The notes under the pieces were generated by a model. It made no database searches. It was given only the letters and a program-made list of their open reading frames with translations, and had not been told where the DNA came from. A stretch of 64,000 nt of DNA from an uncultured Poribacteria bacterium (GTDB lineage: Bacteria; Poribacteria; WGA-4E; WGA-3G): the NCBI GenBank assembly GCA_958296135.2, contig CATQHZ020000002.1, forward strand, positions 79,887 through 143,886. The letters run 5' to 3'. Of this stretch, positions 36,844 through 48,900 are shown one piece after another. How positions within the stretch are numbered: position 1 is the first letter of the stretch; each line of letters begins with the position of its first letter. The position numbers were made by a program, and so were the translations under genes.

Positions 36844-39195
36844 TTAGGAAATTGACCTTAATTGGAGTTCCGTTAAATATGGTTTAGTTTGATGAGTAAC
36901 TTTAAGAACTTGAAATACTTGATCGTCAATAAGTGAGTTCTGTTTTTCTCGAAGCAATATAAATTGACCAACCTTAATATAGAAACTTGGCTTTAATTGT
37001 AAATTAATAATATATCTGATTTTACCATAGAAGTCTCTATATTTTTCCGCTAACCAGAATACCCATTCTGAATCGTGATGATCAAGATCAACAGTTAAAT
37101 CTAGTTTGCGCGGTTTATTATTTTGAATGCTAGTTTCATCTCTTATGACTTCTTCGTTTTCCGAAACACCACTTCCATATTTAATTGTAATAATATTGTA
37201 TAATTGCTGTAAATCTTGCTTCATATTAAGAGTATTGATTGGGCGTTCAGAATATGAAACTTCTTCCATATCGATTATATGATCAATAAATTCCATTCGT
37301 GCCATATTACATAGCTCATCCGCTTCTGTTCCTGATTGCGCTCGCTGAACTCCTGTCAGTTGATTATTATCGTCGTTTCTTCCAGTATAACTAAAGATTT
37401 CCCAGTCGTTGGTTTGACCTGCTATCCTTACAAATCCTTCGGTAGGAACAATCATATTAGGATTAGTATATGCAAGACTAGTAACGGTCGCGCCAGGAGC
37501 GATATTAGATGTTAATGCCGCTATTGGTTGAAATTTTGGTCGAAAAATAAATTGGATGCCATCGAATCCAATGTATGAAAAACAAAGGCGAGCCATCTCT
37601 TGAATTACTTCGTATCCAGTTTTACCATTTGTTAAAGTAACTGGGTTGCGAAATCCAAACCGATCACCAAATTCTAGCAGTGTCCAATTATCAATTCGAG
37701 TTTCTGGTGCGTCTAAACCTTCTCGGTTTTCGGTGCTTTCCCAATCTGTAGATTTAATCGATCTAATGGCTCCATACCCAGAATGCAAATATAAACTATT
37801 TCCTACTGTGACCATAGGAGAACTCATTTGGATATGCTGACTATATGTAATATTATCAGTCCGATCAACTGCATTTGGATTAAATAAACGTGATCGCCAT
37901 GGAACTCCATGTGATATTGGCGATGTTCCAGTCAACGGAATAGATTGTAAGGTTCCAGATCCAGTTCTTACTTCGCTTTCCTCTCTATGATAACTTCCTT
38001 GAAAATAATATAGCTGTCCATTTAATTCGGTTAAGGATCTTGGCGAGTCATCCATTGATTCATAGCGATTTAATATGGTTGCCGTAGCACTAGGTTGATT
38101 TGGTATTCTAAATAAGATTGCTCTTGATATTCTTCCCTGATCTAGTAAGTTTGATTGAGTTCTATTTTGAATTTGAACTGTTCCGTAAAAGTTATTACCA
38201 ATTAATTTTAAATCTGAAACTCCTTTAAAAGCTCCGCCAGTAGTTCCTAGCATTGGATCGATAGCTGAATTAAAATCTTGTTCTCCACTATCGTAAATAA
38301 CGGCAGGAGTTCCACTTGGAACGGTCCCAGTAGGTGATCCAGTCGGTAATGTGGTATCAAATAAAAATGATTCCGTAATATCTTCAGATGGTCCAGTTTC
38401 ACCACTAATACTTGTCTCGCTATCTTGTTTAACTCGAATAGTGCATTCTCCACTTCCAGTTAAATTAATTGGCAATTGCATTGTATTAGTAGTATGAGTA
38501 AATGTCATAACATCAAATGTTACTCCAGTTCCTGTTATTTTAATATCGTCATCATCATCTGGACCAATAGTTCGATCTTGCCTTTCTTTTATTTCAGAAT
38601 TCCAAACAAAACCAATATCAGTGCTTGATCCAGTAAAAATAGGAGCTGTCGGAACAATAATGTCAACTCTTGGTTTTGCAGTAGTTGCTAATGTACCTGC
38701 CAATGTGCTATATCCAAATGATGCTGTTACTGATTCTGGAGGACCATATACAGCTGCACTATCAACTCCAATAACTGGAATAGTTGATGCTGAATTAGAA
38801 AATACGGTTACCCATACAGTCCCAGCTGAATTTGGATTTAAAGTCATTCTTAGATTATATTCGCCCGATGTTGCTTCTTGCAGTTCTCCAATTATTATTC
38901 TGCCACTATTTGCAGTTCCTAATCGAATCCTATCCGCAATACCTGTATCGTCTTCAACTTGAATTTGGATGTCACCAATAGAAAATCCTTGAACATTTAT
39001 TGGGCTTCCCGAACGTGTCCAATCAAAATTAATAAATACCTCTAAACCCGATCCAGGATTTTCAAAAGGTGGATCGGGGTTTGTTAGACTGCATCTTTCA
39101 AATGAAATACTAACATTAGGAGCATTTACTGTTCCTGCAATCGCTGCGGTCGGCCCCTCTAAACTGGCGACAAATGTAAAATTGCTTGCTGGCAT
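36844..39195 (-). CDS. Tail protein: Ig-like domains, propeller-like segment and C-terminal half of a tail hub/tip-like fold
   Basis: C-terminal GKTGYEVIQEMA...LYNIITIKYG...RDETSIQ...IKVGQFI...FQVLKV...TELQL pattern typical of phage tail tip/hub proteins. Confidence 0.6.
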   Translation of the reverse strand: MPASNFTFVASLEGPTAAIAGTVNAPNVSISFERCSLTNPDPPFENPGSGLEVFINFDWTRSGSPINVQGFSIGDIQIQVEDDTGIADRIRLGTANSGRIIIGELQEATSGEYNLRMTLNPNSAGTVWVTVFSNSASTIPVIGVDSAAVYGPPESVTASFGYSTLAGTLATTAKPRVDIIVPTAPIFTGSSTDIGFVWNSEIKERQDRTIGPDDDDDIKITGTGVTFDVMTFTHTTNTMQLPINLTGSGECTIRVKQDSETSISGETGPSEDITESFLFDTTLPTGSPTGTVPSGTPAVIYDSGEQDFNSAIDPMLGTTGGAFKGVSDLKLIGNNFYGTVQIQNRTQSNLLDQGRISRAILFRIPNQPSATATILNRYESMDDSPRSLTELNGQLYYFQGSYHREESEVRTGSGTLQSIPLTGTSPISHGVPWRSRLFNPNAVDRTDNITYSQHIQMSSPMVTVGNSLYLHSGYGAIRSIKSTDWESTENREGLDAPETRIDNWTLLEFGDRFGFRNPVTLTNGKTGYEVIQEMARLCFSYIGFDGIQFIFRPKFQPIAALTSNIAPGATVTSLAYTNPNMIVPTEGFVRIAGQTNDWEIFSYTGRNDDNNQLTGVQRAQSGTEADELCNMARMEFIDHIIDMEEVSYSERPINTLNMKQDLQQLYNIITIKYGSGVSENEEVIRDETSIQNNKPRKLDLTVDLDHHDSEWVFWLAEKYRDFYGKIRYIINLQLKPSFYIKVGQFILLREKQNSLIDDQVFQVLKVTHQTKPYLTELQLRSIS

Positions 39196-39204
39196 AATTG
39201 TCTC

Positions 39205-42200
39205 CTAATCGTTATTGACTGCCATATCTCGTAAATAAATATCTAGTTTGCCTACTGGAACCGCATCCGGAAACGTAAATATTAATTTATAGTATTTCGC
39301 TCGAGTTACCCCAGCTACTAAATCTTGATCCCGATCGGCTGCCGGTAAAGAAATGTCTGGATCTTGAGTAACCCCATATTTAATATTTGAATTACCAAAT
39401 ACTGGAAGTGGATCCATTCCTTCTAAAAGAAAATCCCCAAAACTTAAACCTTGGACTTCAGTATTGAAATCTATAAGAACTTCATTTTCTGCACCATTGC
39501 CAACCAATACGTCAGGACGTTCAATATTAATTATTTGTGGAATCGTTTCCGTATTGTAAAATATTGTTCCTAAATATTGTTGGAATTCTGGTCCGATCTG
39601 ATTATCATTTCCTAATACGTTAAAGCTTCTCTGTCTTAATGATAACTGAATAGCACCCTCATTTCCTTGTGGGATTGGTATAGTCACAGTATAAGACGAT
39701 CTGCCCGATAAAGTGTCAGTATTATTGACTGGGATACTTATACTAATTAGTTCTGATTCTGGAGAATTATTTACAGATGAACCATCACTTTTAACGGAAT
39801 TGGCTTTTAATCTGAATTTAAAGAACCCATTCTTTGGTAATGCTGACGTTGCCATAACAGTGACGTTTCCACCGCTAACTACTGAACTTCCGCTTATCGT
39901 AATTGTAAAATCAGAATCGACTGTGTTTAGTGCGTTTAGAACTTCTATATCAGTATCTTCAATTTCTTCTACTGGAGCCCCAGTAAATGTTAATGTTCCG
40001 CTTAATGATCTACCACCAACAATATTTGACCATGTAGGAATCGCAATGATTAAATCGGCGATCGTATTATTGACAGTTGCTGAATCAGCACTGGTAATAT
40101 CTGTTGCCGGAGCATTATTACTACCGCCATCACTATCAACGCTTAATTCGTTTATTCTTAAGAAATAATCAATACCCGCGATCTGATTTACCGGAGTAGC
40201 AATTACAGATACGAATCCGCCATCTGTTGCAGTGTCAGAACTAACACTTATAGTCCAATCTGGATCCACTATATTTCCAGTTGTTATTACTGAAAAATCT
40301 GATCCAGTTATTCCAGCAACTGAAGCTCCATTAAAAATACATCTTCCGCTTAATGTTCTCCCACCAGTTATATTTGACCAAGAAGCCGTAGCCACAATTG
40401 GAACGTTTCCTATTGTGAAAGCTAGTGACGGAACATCTGCTTCTGGTTTATTTGTACCAAATGCGTCTTCTTTAAGAACTAATCTATATGTTCCAGCAGC
40501 CACTAAATTAGTTGGCGATGCCTTAATAGTCCTAATAGTGCCAGTACCTGTACTCGTAATTGGCCAGTCCACAGCAGATTGGGTTGTATAAACATAATTT
40601 GGTGAACTTCCCGATCTAAGTTGAACTTCAAAATCATCTGTAGCACTAAACGCCGCGCCAGGATCTTCTGATATTGTCAATATAAGACTTACTGATCGAT
40701 CGCCCGCTGGAGTAGCTGGAGTAGCAGGCCAGTATGCGTATGGAACAGTATTATAATTAACGGTTCCGGAAGTTTCTATCGCTGTTGGACCACCCTTATA
40801 TGTCGTAGATCCATCAACAGCATTTCTTTGTAGTGCAATACTATAAGTCCCACTTAATCTAGCGGGATTAGTTACCGTAATTTGAAATATTCTAGAGTTA
40901 ATAGCTGTTGATGATGCTATTAATGTAATACTTGTATTTGATGGAATATTAAAATCTGATGCCGTAATTTGAGTAACTGGGATCGCTACATTAAAAGTCA
41001 AAGTAAATACGCTAGTCGCACCAGTTTGAATTCCTGTCGGAGCCGTAAATGTACTTACTGTTAATTGAGGTCTATTATCAACTAAAGTTGTCGAACTAGT
41101 TTCGGCTGTTGCTGGAGTATTATTAGCATTAGATCCGTCTGATCTAACCGATGTAGCATTTAATCTTAGCGCATATTGAGCGTTTTGATTTGCTGGAGGA
41201 GTAGCGGCAATCGTTATCCCAGTACCAGAAGTTGCCGTAGAACTTGGAGTATCAAACATCCAACCGCTTTGAACCGTACCAGACGAATTAACTACCGCAA
41301 AATCAGTTTGTTCTATATTGGTTATTTGAGCAGTTACTCCACTTGGATTTCTAAATGTTAATGTTCCCTGTAATTTACCGCCAGTAAAAGTTACCCCAGT
41401 CCATCCTGCTGTGGCTATATGGTGAGTAACATTATATGTGGTAGGGCTTGGAGTTGCTGTATAAGCCGCCGTTGGACCTGATCTGTAGACAGTTGTACTA
41501 GTTCCAGAAATAGCATTAGCTTTTAATGCTAACGTATATGAACCCGATATTCCGCTTGGTAAACTAACGACTACGCTATAAGTTGTTTGGCTTCCACTCG
41601 TCGGAGTTATCGAACTAATCGTTATCGCACCTCTTGCGGAACCAGTAAGACGACTATCGGTCAAAGTAAAATCAGAACTCGTTAACTGGGTTGCTGGAAC
41701 ATTTTGAGATAAAACTAACATATAAGTCCTAGTTCGATCAGCATCTGTTCCTGTTGGGCGACTAAATGAAGTAACATTGACTGATGGTCTGGTATCATAA
41801 GCGACCTGCGTTGAAGTAGAGGTCGATGCTGGACCACGCTGATGCGTAGTAGAAGCATTAACAGCATTAGCATTTAATGCGATCCTATAAGATCCTTGAG
41901 TATTTGTCGGATTATTGACTACTACATCAAATATAGTTGCAGTGGTTGCCGCCCCTCTTCCAGTTACTGATGCTATTGATGCACCAGTTTCAGGGGCAAA
42001 ATCGTTATTTTCTACCTGAGTCTTTAAAACTGCAGTGCTAAACGTTAATACGAATGTACTAGTAGAACCAGATTGCGTTCCCGTTGGTGCGTTAAACGAA
42101 TCTACCGTTAATGCTGGTCTATTATCGATCGCAACAGCATTTGTTGTGGCTACAGTCGATGGCGCATTATCTGTGGTACTACCATCTGACATAACGCTTG

Positions 42201-45200
42201 TTGCTTTTAGACGGAGTTTATATGAAGCATTTCTATTTGCTGGTGGAGTAGCTCTAATCAGAGTTCCAGTACCAGATGTTATTGAACTTGAATCGGTTAT
42301 TCCGGTAGGTAATTCAAATGTCCATCCAGTCTGAACCGCATCCGAAGAATCTAATATCTCGAAATCGCCTGTTTCTAATCCAGTTATAGTCGCACCGCTA
42401 AACGTTATTGTTCCCTGAAGCTTTCCGCTTGTATAAGATACTGAACTCCATGCCGCTGAGGCTATTGTTCTTGTATTAAATGTGACTGATGTTGAAGTAT
42501 AATCATTTGCTGGACCGCCTACATATGAAGTCGTAGAATCAATAGCATCAGCTAGTAATGTCACTGAATATGTTCCAGATCCACTTGATGGCTGATCTAC
42601 TTTAACGGTATAAGTTGCCTGACTTCCTGTTGTTGGCGTTATTGAATTTATTGAGGCATTCGTATTTGATACAGTAAAATCTGCTGCCGTTAATTGACTA
42701 GCTGGTACACTCCGATCAAGGACTAATGTGAAATCAGCAGTGGATCCGGTTTGTGTTCCGCTTGGAGCAGTAAACCTTGTTACTGAAACTCGAGGTCTTG
42801 TATCATAAGTAACTAATTCAGAATTAGAAACTGCTGACGGACCTTCTAAATAAGTCGTTCCATCGGGAATCGAGTCAGCTTTTAACATAATCCTATAAGT
42901 TCCATTCTGAACCGTTGGATTATTAACAGCAATATCAAATACCCGTGCCATCGTATTAGTTGGTCCATCGGTATAAGTCGGCGTTATAGACGAAAAACCA
43001 GTTCCAGAAGAAAAAGTAAAATCGGATCCTGTCAACTGATCTGTTGGAATAACTGATCCAAATGTCAATCTAAAGGTACTAGTGGATCCGGTTTGTGTTC
43101 CGCTTGGAGCCGTAAATCCTGTTACTCTTAACGCTTGTCTATTGTCCACAGCAATAGCGTCACTATTGACTGCGGCTGCCGGAGCATTATCGGTCGTTGA
43201 TCCATCAGATCTGACTGATGTTGCTTCTAGGCTTAACTTAAATGATGCGTTTTGACCTGCTGGCGGAGTTGCCGATATTCTTATTCCAATATCATCAGTT
43301 GCGGTTGCGCTTGGCAAATCAAATGTCCATCCAGATTGTGCGACATCACTAGTATTAAGAACTTCAAAATCATCTCTAGTTATCCCAGTTATGTTCGCAC
43401 CACTAAATGTTAATGTTCCAGTCAGTTTACCACCAGTATAAGATACTCCACTCCATGCCGCTGTGGCTACTATTGCTGGCACATTATATGTTGTTGGGGT
43501 TGGTGTTGCGGTATAAGCATCAGAAGGGCCAGATTGATAAGGATCAGTTTCTTGAGCCGTAATGGCATCCGCATTTAATGCTAATGTATATGAACCGCTA
43601 ATATTTGACGATATACTAATGACTACACTATAAGTCGTCTGGCTTCCACTAGTTGGAGTTACCGAACTAATATTAACAGTTCCATTTCCAGTTGTTCTAG
43701 TATCAGTCAAAGTAAAATCAGAAGTCGTTAATTCACTCGAGGGAACACTTTGTCCAAAAACTAAGGTATAGGTTCTAGTTCTATCCGCATCTGTTCCAGT
43801 TGGGCGACTAAACGATGTTACAGTAATAGCCGTTCTAGTATCAACTTCATATTCCGCACTTGAAATTCCAATTCCATTAGTCGGGAAATTATTTACAGTG
43901 CTTCCTCCAGATCGAACACTTGCTGGTTTTAGTCTTAATTTAAAGTCACCACTTGCAGTAGATCCAACAGGAGGCGTTCCAGTAATCGCTACAGAACCTC
44001 CAGAAGCTACTGTTGATCCAGTTGGGTTAATACTAATAGTCCATCCATATTGTGGAATATCATCTGAATCTAAAACTTCAAAATCCGCTATTGTTAAGTC
44101 TGTTATTGCCGCTCCAGTAAAAGTAATAGATGAAGTTATTACTCCGGTTCCAGTCAGCGTTCCCCATATTGCAGTAGGCAATGTTCTAACATTATCTACG
44201 ACTACTGGATAGGAAGTTAAAGTATTTGCGGCTGGATAAGTTCTACTACTTACAGATATTCCATTCGCTAAAAGCTCGAGATAAAATTCTCCTTGAGTAT
44301 TCGCGGGAGGTGTCGCTATTACGGTAGCATTACCTCCAGAACGATTGATAGCAATTGTCCATCCTGATTGAACAGTTTCGCTGGAATTTAGAACTCGAAA
44401 ATAATTAGTTCCTCTAGGAGATATAGATCCGCGAACCTGACTTAGCGTAACAGATAATGTTGTTCCACCTTCAAGATTTGACCAATCAAACCATTTTACC
44501 AGATATTCTAGGTTATTAGTTACTACGAATGTATTTGCAAGCGGAATATTATCCGTTAAAGATCCAGATAATCTCATAGAATTAGATTTTACTTGCACGC
44601 TTCCAATTACGGCAGATAATGGAAATACGCTTAAAGTAATATATCCCCCAGCAGGAATTCGATTCGATGAAATTTTTGTATTTACAAAATTGGATTCCTG
44701 TACAATAGGATAATTTACAGTAGTTCCGTCACCAAATCTAAAATCAGATTTATTAATTCCGGTAACTTCTACTGTCGAATTAACGCGTATTGTAAGATCG
44801 CCAGTTCTGGTAGATGCATTACTAAAATAAATTCTAGTATCTATGGCTACAAATTGTGAAGTTATTGGATTAGGTGGTGCGGTCACCCCAGAGAAATTAC
44901 CGCTATTAGCTTTCATTCGAACCGCAAAATTTCCAGTAATTCCATTTGGCGGACGTACCGTTAGACTTATAGATCCCTCAACCTGGAAGATAAATATTCT
45001 AGTAACGGTGATCGTCCATCCACTTTGAATCTGATTAGAATCATTAATTACTTCAAAATCAGAAGAAGTAATACCAGATATTTGAGTAGGACCATAAACT
45101 GATACACCGACAGATAATGCATTTCCGACAGTTCTTGAATAACCTACACTTCCAAAATTAAGACCAACTCCAGCATTTGGATTTCCAGTGTTATTAATAG

Positions 45201-45978
45201 GCACTAAATACGATACTAGATCGGTAGGAGGCGCAGTAATCGAGGTTCCAGTTACTTGAAGGCTATTAGCTTTTAATCGAAGTCTAAATAATCCATTAGT
45301 TCCAGATGGTGCGACCGCAAAAGGCTGAGTATTACGATTCCTAGCAATACTACTGGCACTCGCGGTAATGCTCCATCCGGTTTGAACTTGATTAGAATCA
45401 TTAATTACTTCAAAATCAGAAGAAGTAATACCGGTAATACCTTGATACTGACTTTGCAATGAACCTTGAATCCAAGCTTGACTAGCAGTTCTACCGCGAG
45501 CAAAACCGAACCTTATAATAACTGATCCGTTTATGTAAAATAAAGGACTAGTTATAGAATTTGCTGGCGCATTATCAGTAGAAGATCCTCCAGTTCTTAC
45601 ACTATTAGCTAATAATCGAATTCTAAAATTACCATCAGTATCTGCTGGCGCAATTAGCCCTATAGGAATTGACTGATTTGATCTAGTAGTAGAAAAAGAC
45701 CCGCTAATATTATTACTAGTCCAATCAGTTTGAACTACTCCACTTTCATTTAATATTTGGAAATCTGTAAATTCTAATCCTGTAATAGGTTCAGAAAATA
45801 CAATCCAAGCATTAAAAGAAGCCCAACGAGATCTGATTAAACCAACCCATCTAGCAAATGGAACATCCACACTTTGACCAATATCTTCAGTATCGAGGCT
45901 AAATATGGGAACCGGAGCTCCAAACATGTTTTTCTTAACTAGGACAGGGGGTTGAAATTTGTCTTTTTTATCTTCCAT
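39205..45978 (-). CDS. Giant Ser/Thr-rich Ig-like repeat protein (2257 aa), putative tail fibre/adhesin
   Basis: About 20 repeats with F...ITG.T..DFEV...QSGW and LRL.ANSV; no signal peptide. Confidence 0.8.
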   Translation of the reverse strand: MEDKKDKFQPPVLVKKNMFGAPVPIFSLDTEDIGQSVDVPFARWVGLIRSRWASFNAWIVFSEPITGLEFTDFQILNESGVVQTDWTSNNISGSFSTTRSNQSIPIGLIAPADTDGNFRIRLLANSVRTGGSSTDNAPANSITSPLFYINGSVIIRFGFARGRTASQAWIQGSLQSQYQGITGITSSDFEVINDSNQVQTGWSITASASSIARNRNTQPFAVAPSGTNGLFRLRLKANSLQVTGTSITAPPTDLVSYLVPINNTGNPNAGVGLNFGSVGYSRTVGNALSVGVSVYGPTQISGITSSDFEVINDSNQIQSGWTITVTRIFIFQVEGSISLTVRPPNGITGNFAVRMKANSGNFSGVTAPPNPITSQFVAIDTRIYFSNASTRTGDLTIRVNSTVEVTGINKSDFRFGDGTTVNYPIVQESNFVNTKISSNRIPAGGYITLSVFPLSAVIGSVQVKSNSMRLSGSLTDNIPLANTFVVTNNLEYLVKWFDWSNLEGGTTLSVTLSQVRGSISPRGTNYFRVLNSSETVQSGWTIAINRSGGNATVIATPPANTQGEFYLELLANGISVSSRTYPAANTLTSYPVVVDNVRTLPTAIWGTLTGTGVITSSITFTGAAITDLTIADFEVLDSDDIPQYGWTISINPTGSTVASGGSVAITGTPPVGSTASGDFKLRLKPASVRSGGSTVNNFPTNGIGISSAEYEVDTRTAITVTSFSRPTGTDADRTRTYTLVFGQSVPSSELTTSDFTLTDTRTTGNGTVNISSVTPTSGSQTTYSVVISISSNISGSYTLALNADAITAQETDPYQSGPSDAYTATPTPTTYNVPAIVATAAWSGVSYTGGKLTGTLTFSGANITGITRDDFEVLNTSDVAQSGWTFDLPSATATDDIGIRISATPPAGQNASFKLSLEATSVRSDGSTTDNAPAAAVNSDAIAVDNRQALRVTGFTAPSGTQTGSTSTFRLTFGSVIPTDQLTGSDFTFSSGTGFSSITPTYTDGPTNTMARVFDIAVNNPTVQNGTYRIMLKADSIPDGTTYLEGPSAVSNSELVTYDTRPRVSVTRFTAPSGTQTGSTADFTLVLDRSVPASQLTAADFTVSNTNASINSITPTTGSQATYTVKVDQPSSGSGTYSVTLLADAIDSTTSYVGGPANDYTSTSVTFNTRTIASAAWSSVSYTSGKLQGTITFSGATITGLETGDFEILDSSDAVQTGWTFELPTGITDSSSITSGTGTLIRATPPANRNASYKLRLKATSVMSDGSTTDNAPSTVATTNAVAIDNRPALTVDSFNAPTGTQSGSTSTFVLTFSTAVLKTQVENNDFAPETGASIASVTGRGAATTATIFDVVVNNPTNTQGSYRIALNANAVNASTTHQRGPASTSTSTQVAYDTRPSVNVTSFSRPTGTDADRTRTYMLVLSQNVPATQLTSSDFTLTDSRLTGSARGAITISSITPTSGSQTTYSVVVSLPSGISGSYTLALKANAISGTSTTVYRSGPTAAYTATPSPTTYNVTHHIATAGWTGVTFTGGKLQGTLTFRNPSGVTAQITNIEQTDFAVVNSSGTVQSGWMFDTPSSTATSGTGITIAATPPANQNAQYALRLNATSVRSDGSNANNTPATAETSSTTLVDNRPQLTVSTFTAPTGIQTGATSVFTLTFNVAIPVTQITASDFNIPSNTSITLIASSTAINSRIFQITVTNPARLSGTYSIALQRNAVDGSTTYKGGPTAIETSGTVNYNTVPYAYWPATPATPAGDRSVSLILTISEDPGAAFSATDDFEVQLRSGSSPNYVYTTQSAVDWPITSTGTGTIRTIKASPTNLVAAGTYRLVLKEDAFGTNKPEADVPSLAFTIGNVPIVATASWSNITGGRTLSGRCIFNGASVAGITGSDFSVITTGNIVDPDWTISVSSDTATDGGFVSVIATPVNQIAGIDYFLRINELSVDSDGGSNNAPATDITSADSATVNNTIADLIIAIPTWSNIVGGRSLSGTLTFTGAPVEEIEDTDIEVLNALNTVDSDFTITISGSSVVSGGNVTVMATSALPKNGFFKFRLKANSVKSDGSSVNNSPESELISISIPVNNTDTLSGRSSYTVTIPIPQGNEGAIQLSLRQRSFNVLGNDNQIGPEFQQYLGTIFYNTETIPQIINIERPDVLVGNGAENEVLIDFNTEVQGLSFGDFLLEGMDPLPVFGNSNIKYGVTQDPDISLPAADRDQDLVAGVTRAKYYKLIFTFPDAVPVGKLDIYLRDMAVNND

Positions 45979-45989
45979 AATAATTTTTC

Positions 45990-48900
45990 CTAAATGATGG
46001 TTGGTATAATAACCCCTTCATTACTTGTGATAATAAAATCTTCTGGCATTAAACCATCAATATTTGTTTCGACTCCGTTGACATATGTCGTTATTGTGAA
46101 TGAAGCTGTTTGACCGGTTTGCTCATCTGTTGGCACTTGTGATGCTACTACATATGGAAGAGATAATGCAGCGGTCGTTCTGCTGAAATAGAATGATTTT
46201 GCTATTGGGTCGTTGCCCTCTAAGACTGAATTGGCTGGTAGTGCTACTGTAAAGGTTCCAGATGTGTTGTCTTGAAGATTGACTGTTAATCTCCAGACTC
46301 TGTTTGGCGTAATTACGTCTAGATCGCCTCCGCAAGCACCACCTACAATGAAATCGGATGCTGTTAATCCAGTAGCGTCTTTATTATCAGTAGTAATTGC
46401 TATATGGACAGTCGCTAGATTTAATGGTTCTACTTCAGGGGTCATTGTCATCGTATCGGAATAAGCATCTCCAATACTAAATGTTGGTTTAACTCTAGTA
46501 TCAAATCCCCATGATCCCGAATTTTGTGGTAGTTCTGGTCCAGTGGTGTTATCATCTGTAGCCATTACCGAATTCTTTGCTAAAACTACATTTAATGTTC
46601 CAGATGAACTAATCGGATTTGTTATCTGTATCGTATAAAGATGATCAATAAAATTTGGATCCTGTGCAATAGCTACTCCACCGATCTGAACTTCAGTATT
46701 AGCAAGCCCTCTAAATGGTCGCGATAATCGAATTACCCATAATGTTACAGCGCCAGTAGCTTCTGCTCTTGGAGATCTGGTCACAGAAAGAATGGTTGGC
46801 GGATCAGCTCCAGTAAGATTTAGAGTGACCGTTGGAGCTGTTGCCCTTGCTGTACCTAGTTCAATTTCAAAATCCTGAGCTAAAATATTATGCGATGGAA
46901 TCGGATCGTGACCAGTAATTGAGAAATCAGTATTGGTTAATCCATAGATCTTTTCACCAAAATTAGCTCTAATATTTGTCATAGCTCCAGTTTGAATCGC
47001 ATTCGGAATACTAAAGATGGCACTTGGTGGAATACCAGTCACAGTATCAGCAGTCCGATCGAATCGAAACGATTTAGATACAAGCTGATTACCTTCAATA
47101 ATAACATTACTTGGAATTGAAACAGTTAGGATGCCTTTAGTATCCTCTTCAATACTAATCTGTAATCTCCAAATCCGATTAGTGGTTAATATTACTAATG
47201 TTCCAATACAACCCCCTGATACTATAAAATCAGATGCTGTTAATCCAGTTGCGTCTTTATCATCAGTTGTAATATGAACATATATTGTCGCGTTATCGAA
47301 TGGTTCTGTTAAAGCCGTAGTATCGCTAACGCTAGCAGAAGCATAAGCATTTTCAATACTAAACGCTGGTTTAACTCGGGTATCAAATCCCCATGATCCC
47401 GAATTCTGCGGTAGTTCTGGTCCAGTGGTATTATCGTCAGTAGTCATTACTGAGTTCTTCGCTAAAACTACATTTAATGTTCCAGATGAACTAGTCGGAT
47501 TGGTTATCTGTATCGTATAAAGATGATCAATAAAATTTGGATCCTGTGCAATAGGAACCCCACCAATGTGAACTTCAGTGTTATCAAGCCCTCTAAACGG
47601 TCTCGATAATCGGATTACCCATAATGTTACAGCGCCAGTAGCTTCTGCTCTTGGAGATCTGGTCACAGAAAGAATAGTTGGCGGATCCGCTCCGGTAAGA
47701 TTTAGGGTTACCGTTGGAGCTGTCGCTATCGCAGTTCCTAATTCGATTTCAAAATCCTGAGCCAAAATATTATGTGACGGAATCGGATCATGACCAGTAA
47801 TTGTGAAATCGGTATTGGTTAACCCATAGATCTTTTCACCAAAATTAGCTCTGATGTTGGTCGTTACTCCAGTTTGAATCGCATTCGGAATACTAAAGAT
47901 GGCACTTGGTGGAATACTAGTCGCAATATCAGCAGTCCGATCGAATCGAAACGATTTAGATACAAGCTGATTACCTTCAATAATAACATTACTTGGAATT
48001 GAAACAGTTAGGATGCCTTTAGTATCCTCTTCAATACTAATTTCTAATCTCCAAATCCGATTAGCGGTTAATGTTGCTAACGTTCCAGAGCATGCACCAG
48101 AAACAATAAAGTCTGATGCTGTTAATCCAGTAGCATCTTTAGCATCGGTAAATATTTCAACATGAACTGTTGCGGCTGTTATTGGAAGTGCTTCTGCGAC
48201 ATTTGTCGTAATATCAGCATAAACGTTTCCGATAGTAAAAGATGGTTTAACCCGAGTATCAAATCCCCATGATCCCGAATTTTGAGGTAGTTCTGGTCCA
48301 GTGGTGTTATCGTCGGTAGCCATTATCGAATTCTTTGCTAAAACGATATTTAATGTTCCTGATGAACTAGTCGGATTTGTTATCTGTATCGTATAAAGAT
48401 GATCAATAAAATTTGGATCCTGTGCAATAGGAACCCCACCAATGTGAACTTCAGTGTTATCAAGTCCTCTAAATGGTCTCGATAATCGAATTACCCATAA
48501 TGTCACAGCGCCAGTAGCTTCTGCTCTTGGAGATCTAGTCACAGAAAGAATGGTTGGTAGATCTGTCCCAGTCAAATTTAGGGTTACCGTTGGAGCGGTC
48601 GCTATCGCAGTTCCTAGTTCAATTTCAAAATCCTGAGCTAAAATGTTATGTGACGGAATCGGATCATGACCAGTAATTGTGAAATCGGTATTGGTTAACC
48701 CATAGATCTTTTCACCAAAATTAGCTCTAATATTTGTCATGGCTCCAGTTTGAATCGCATTCGGAATACTAAAGATGGCACTTGGTGGAATACCAGTCAC
48801 AATATTAGCAGTCCGATCGAATCGAAACGAATTAGATGCTGGCTGATTACCTTCTATGACCACATTACTTGGAATCGAAACAGTTAGGATGCCTTTAGTA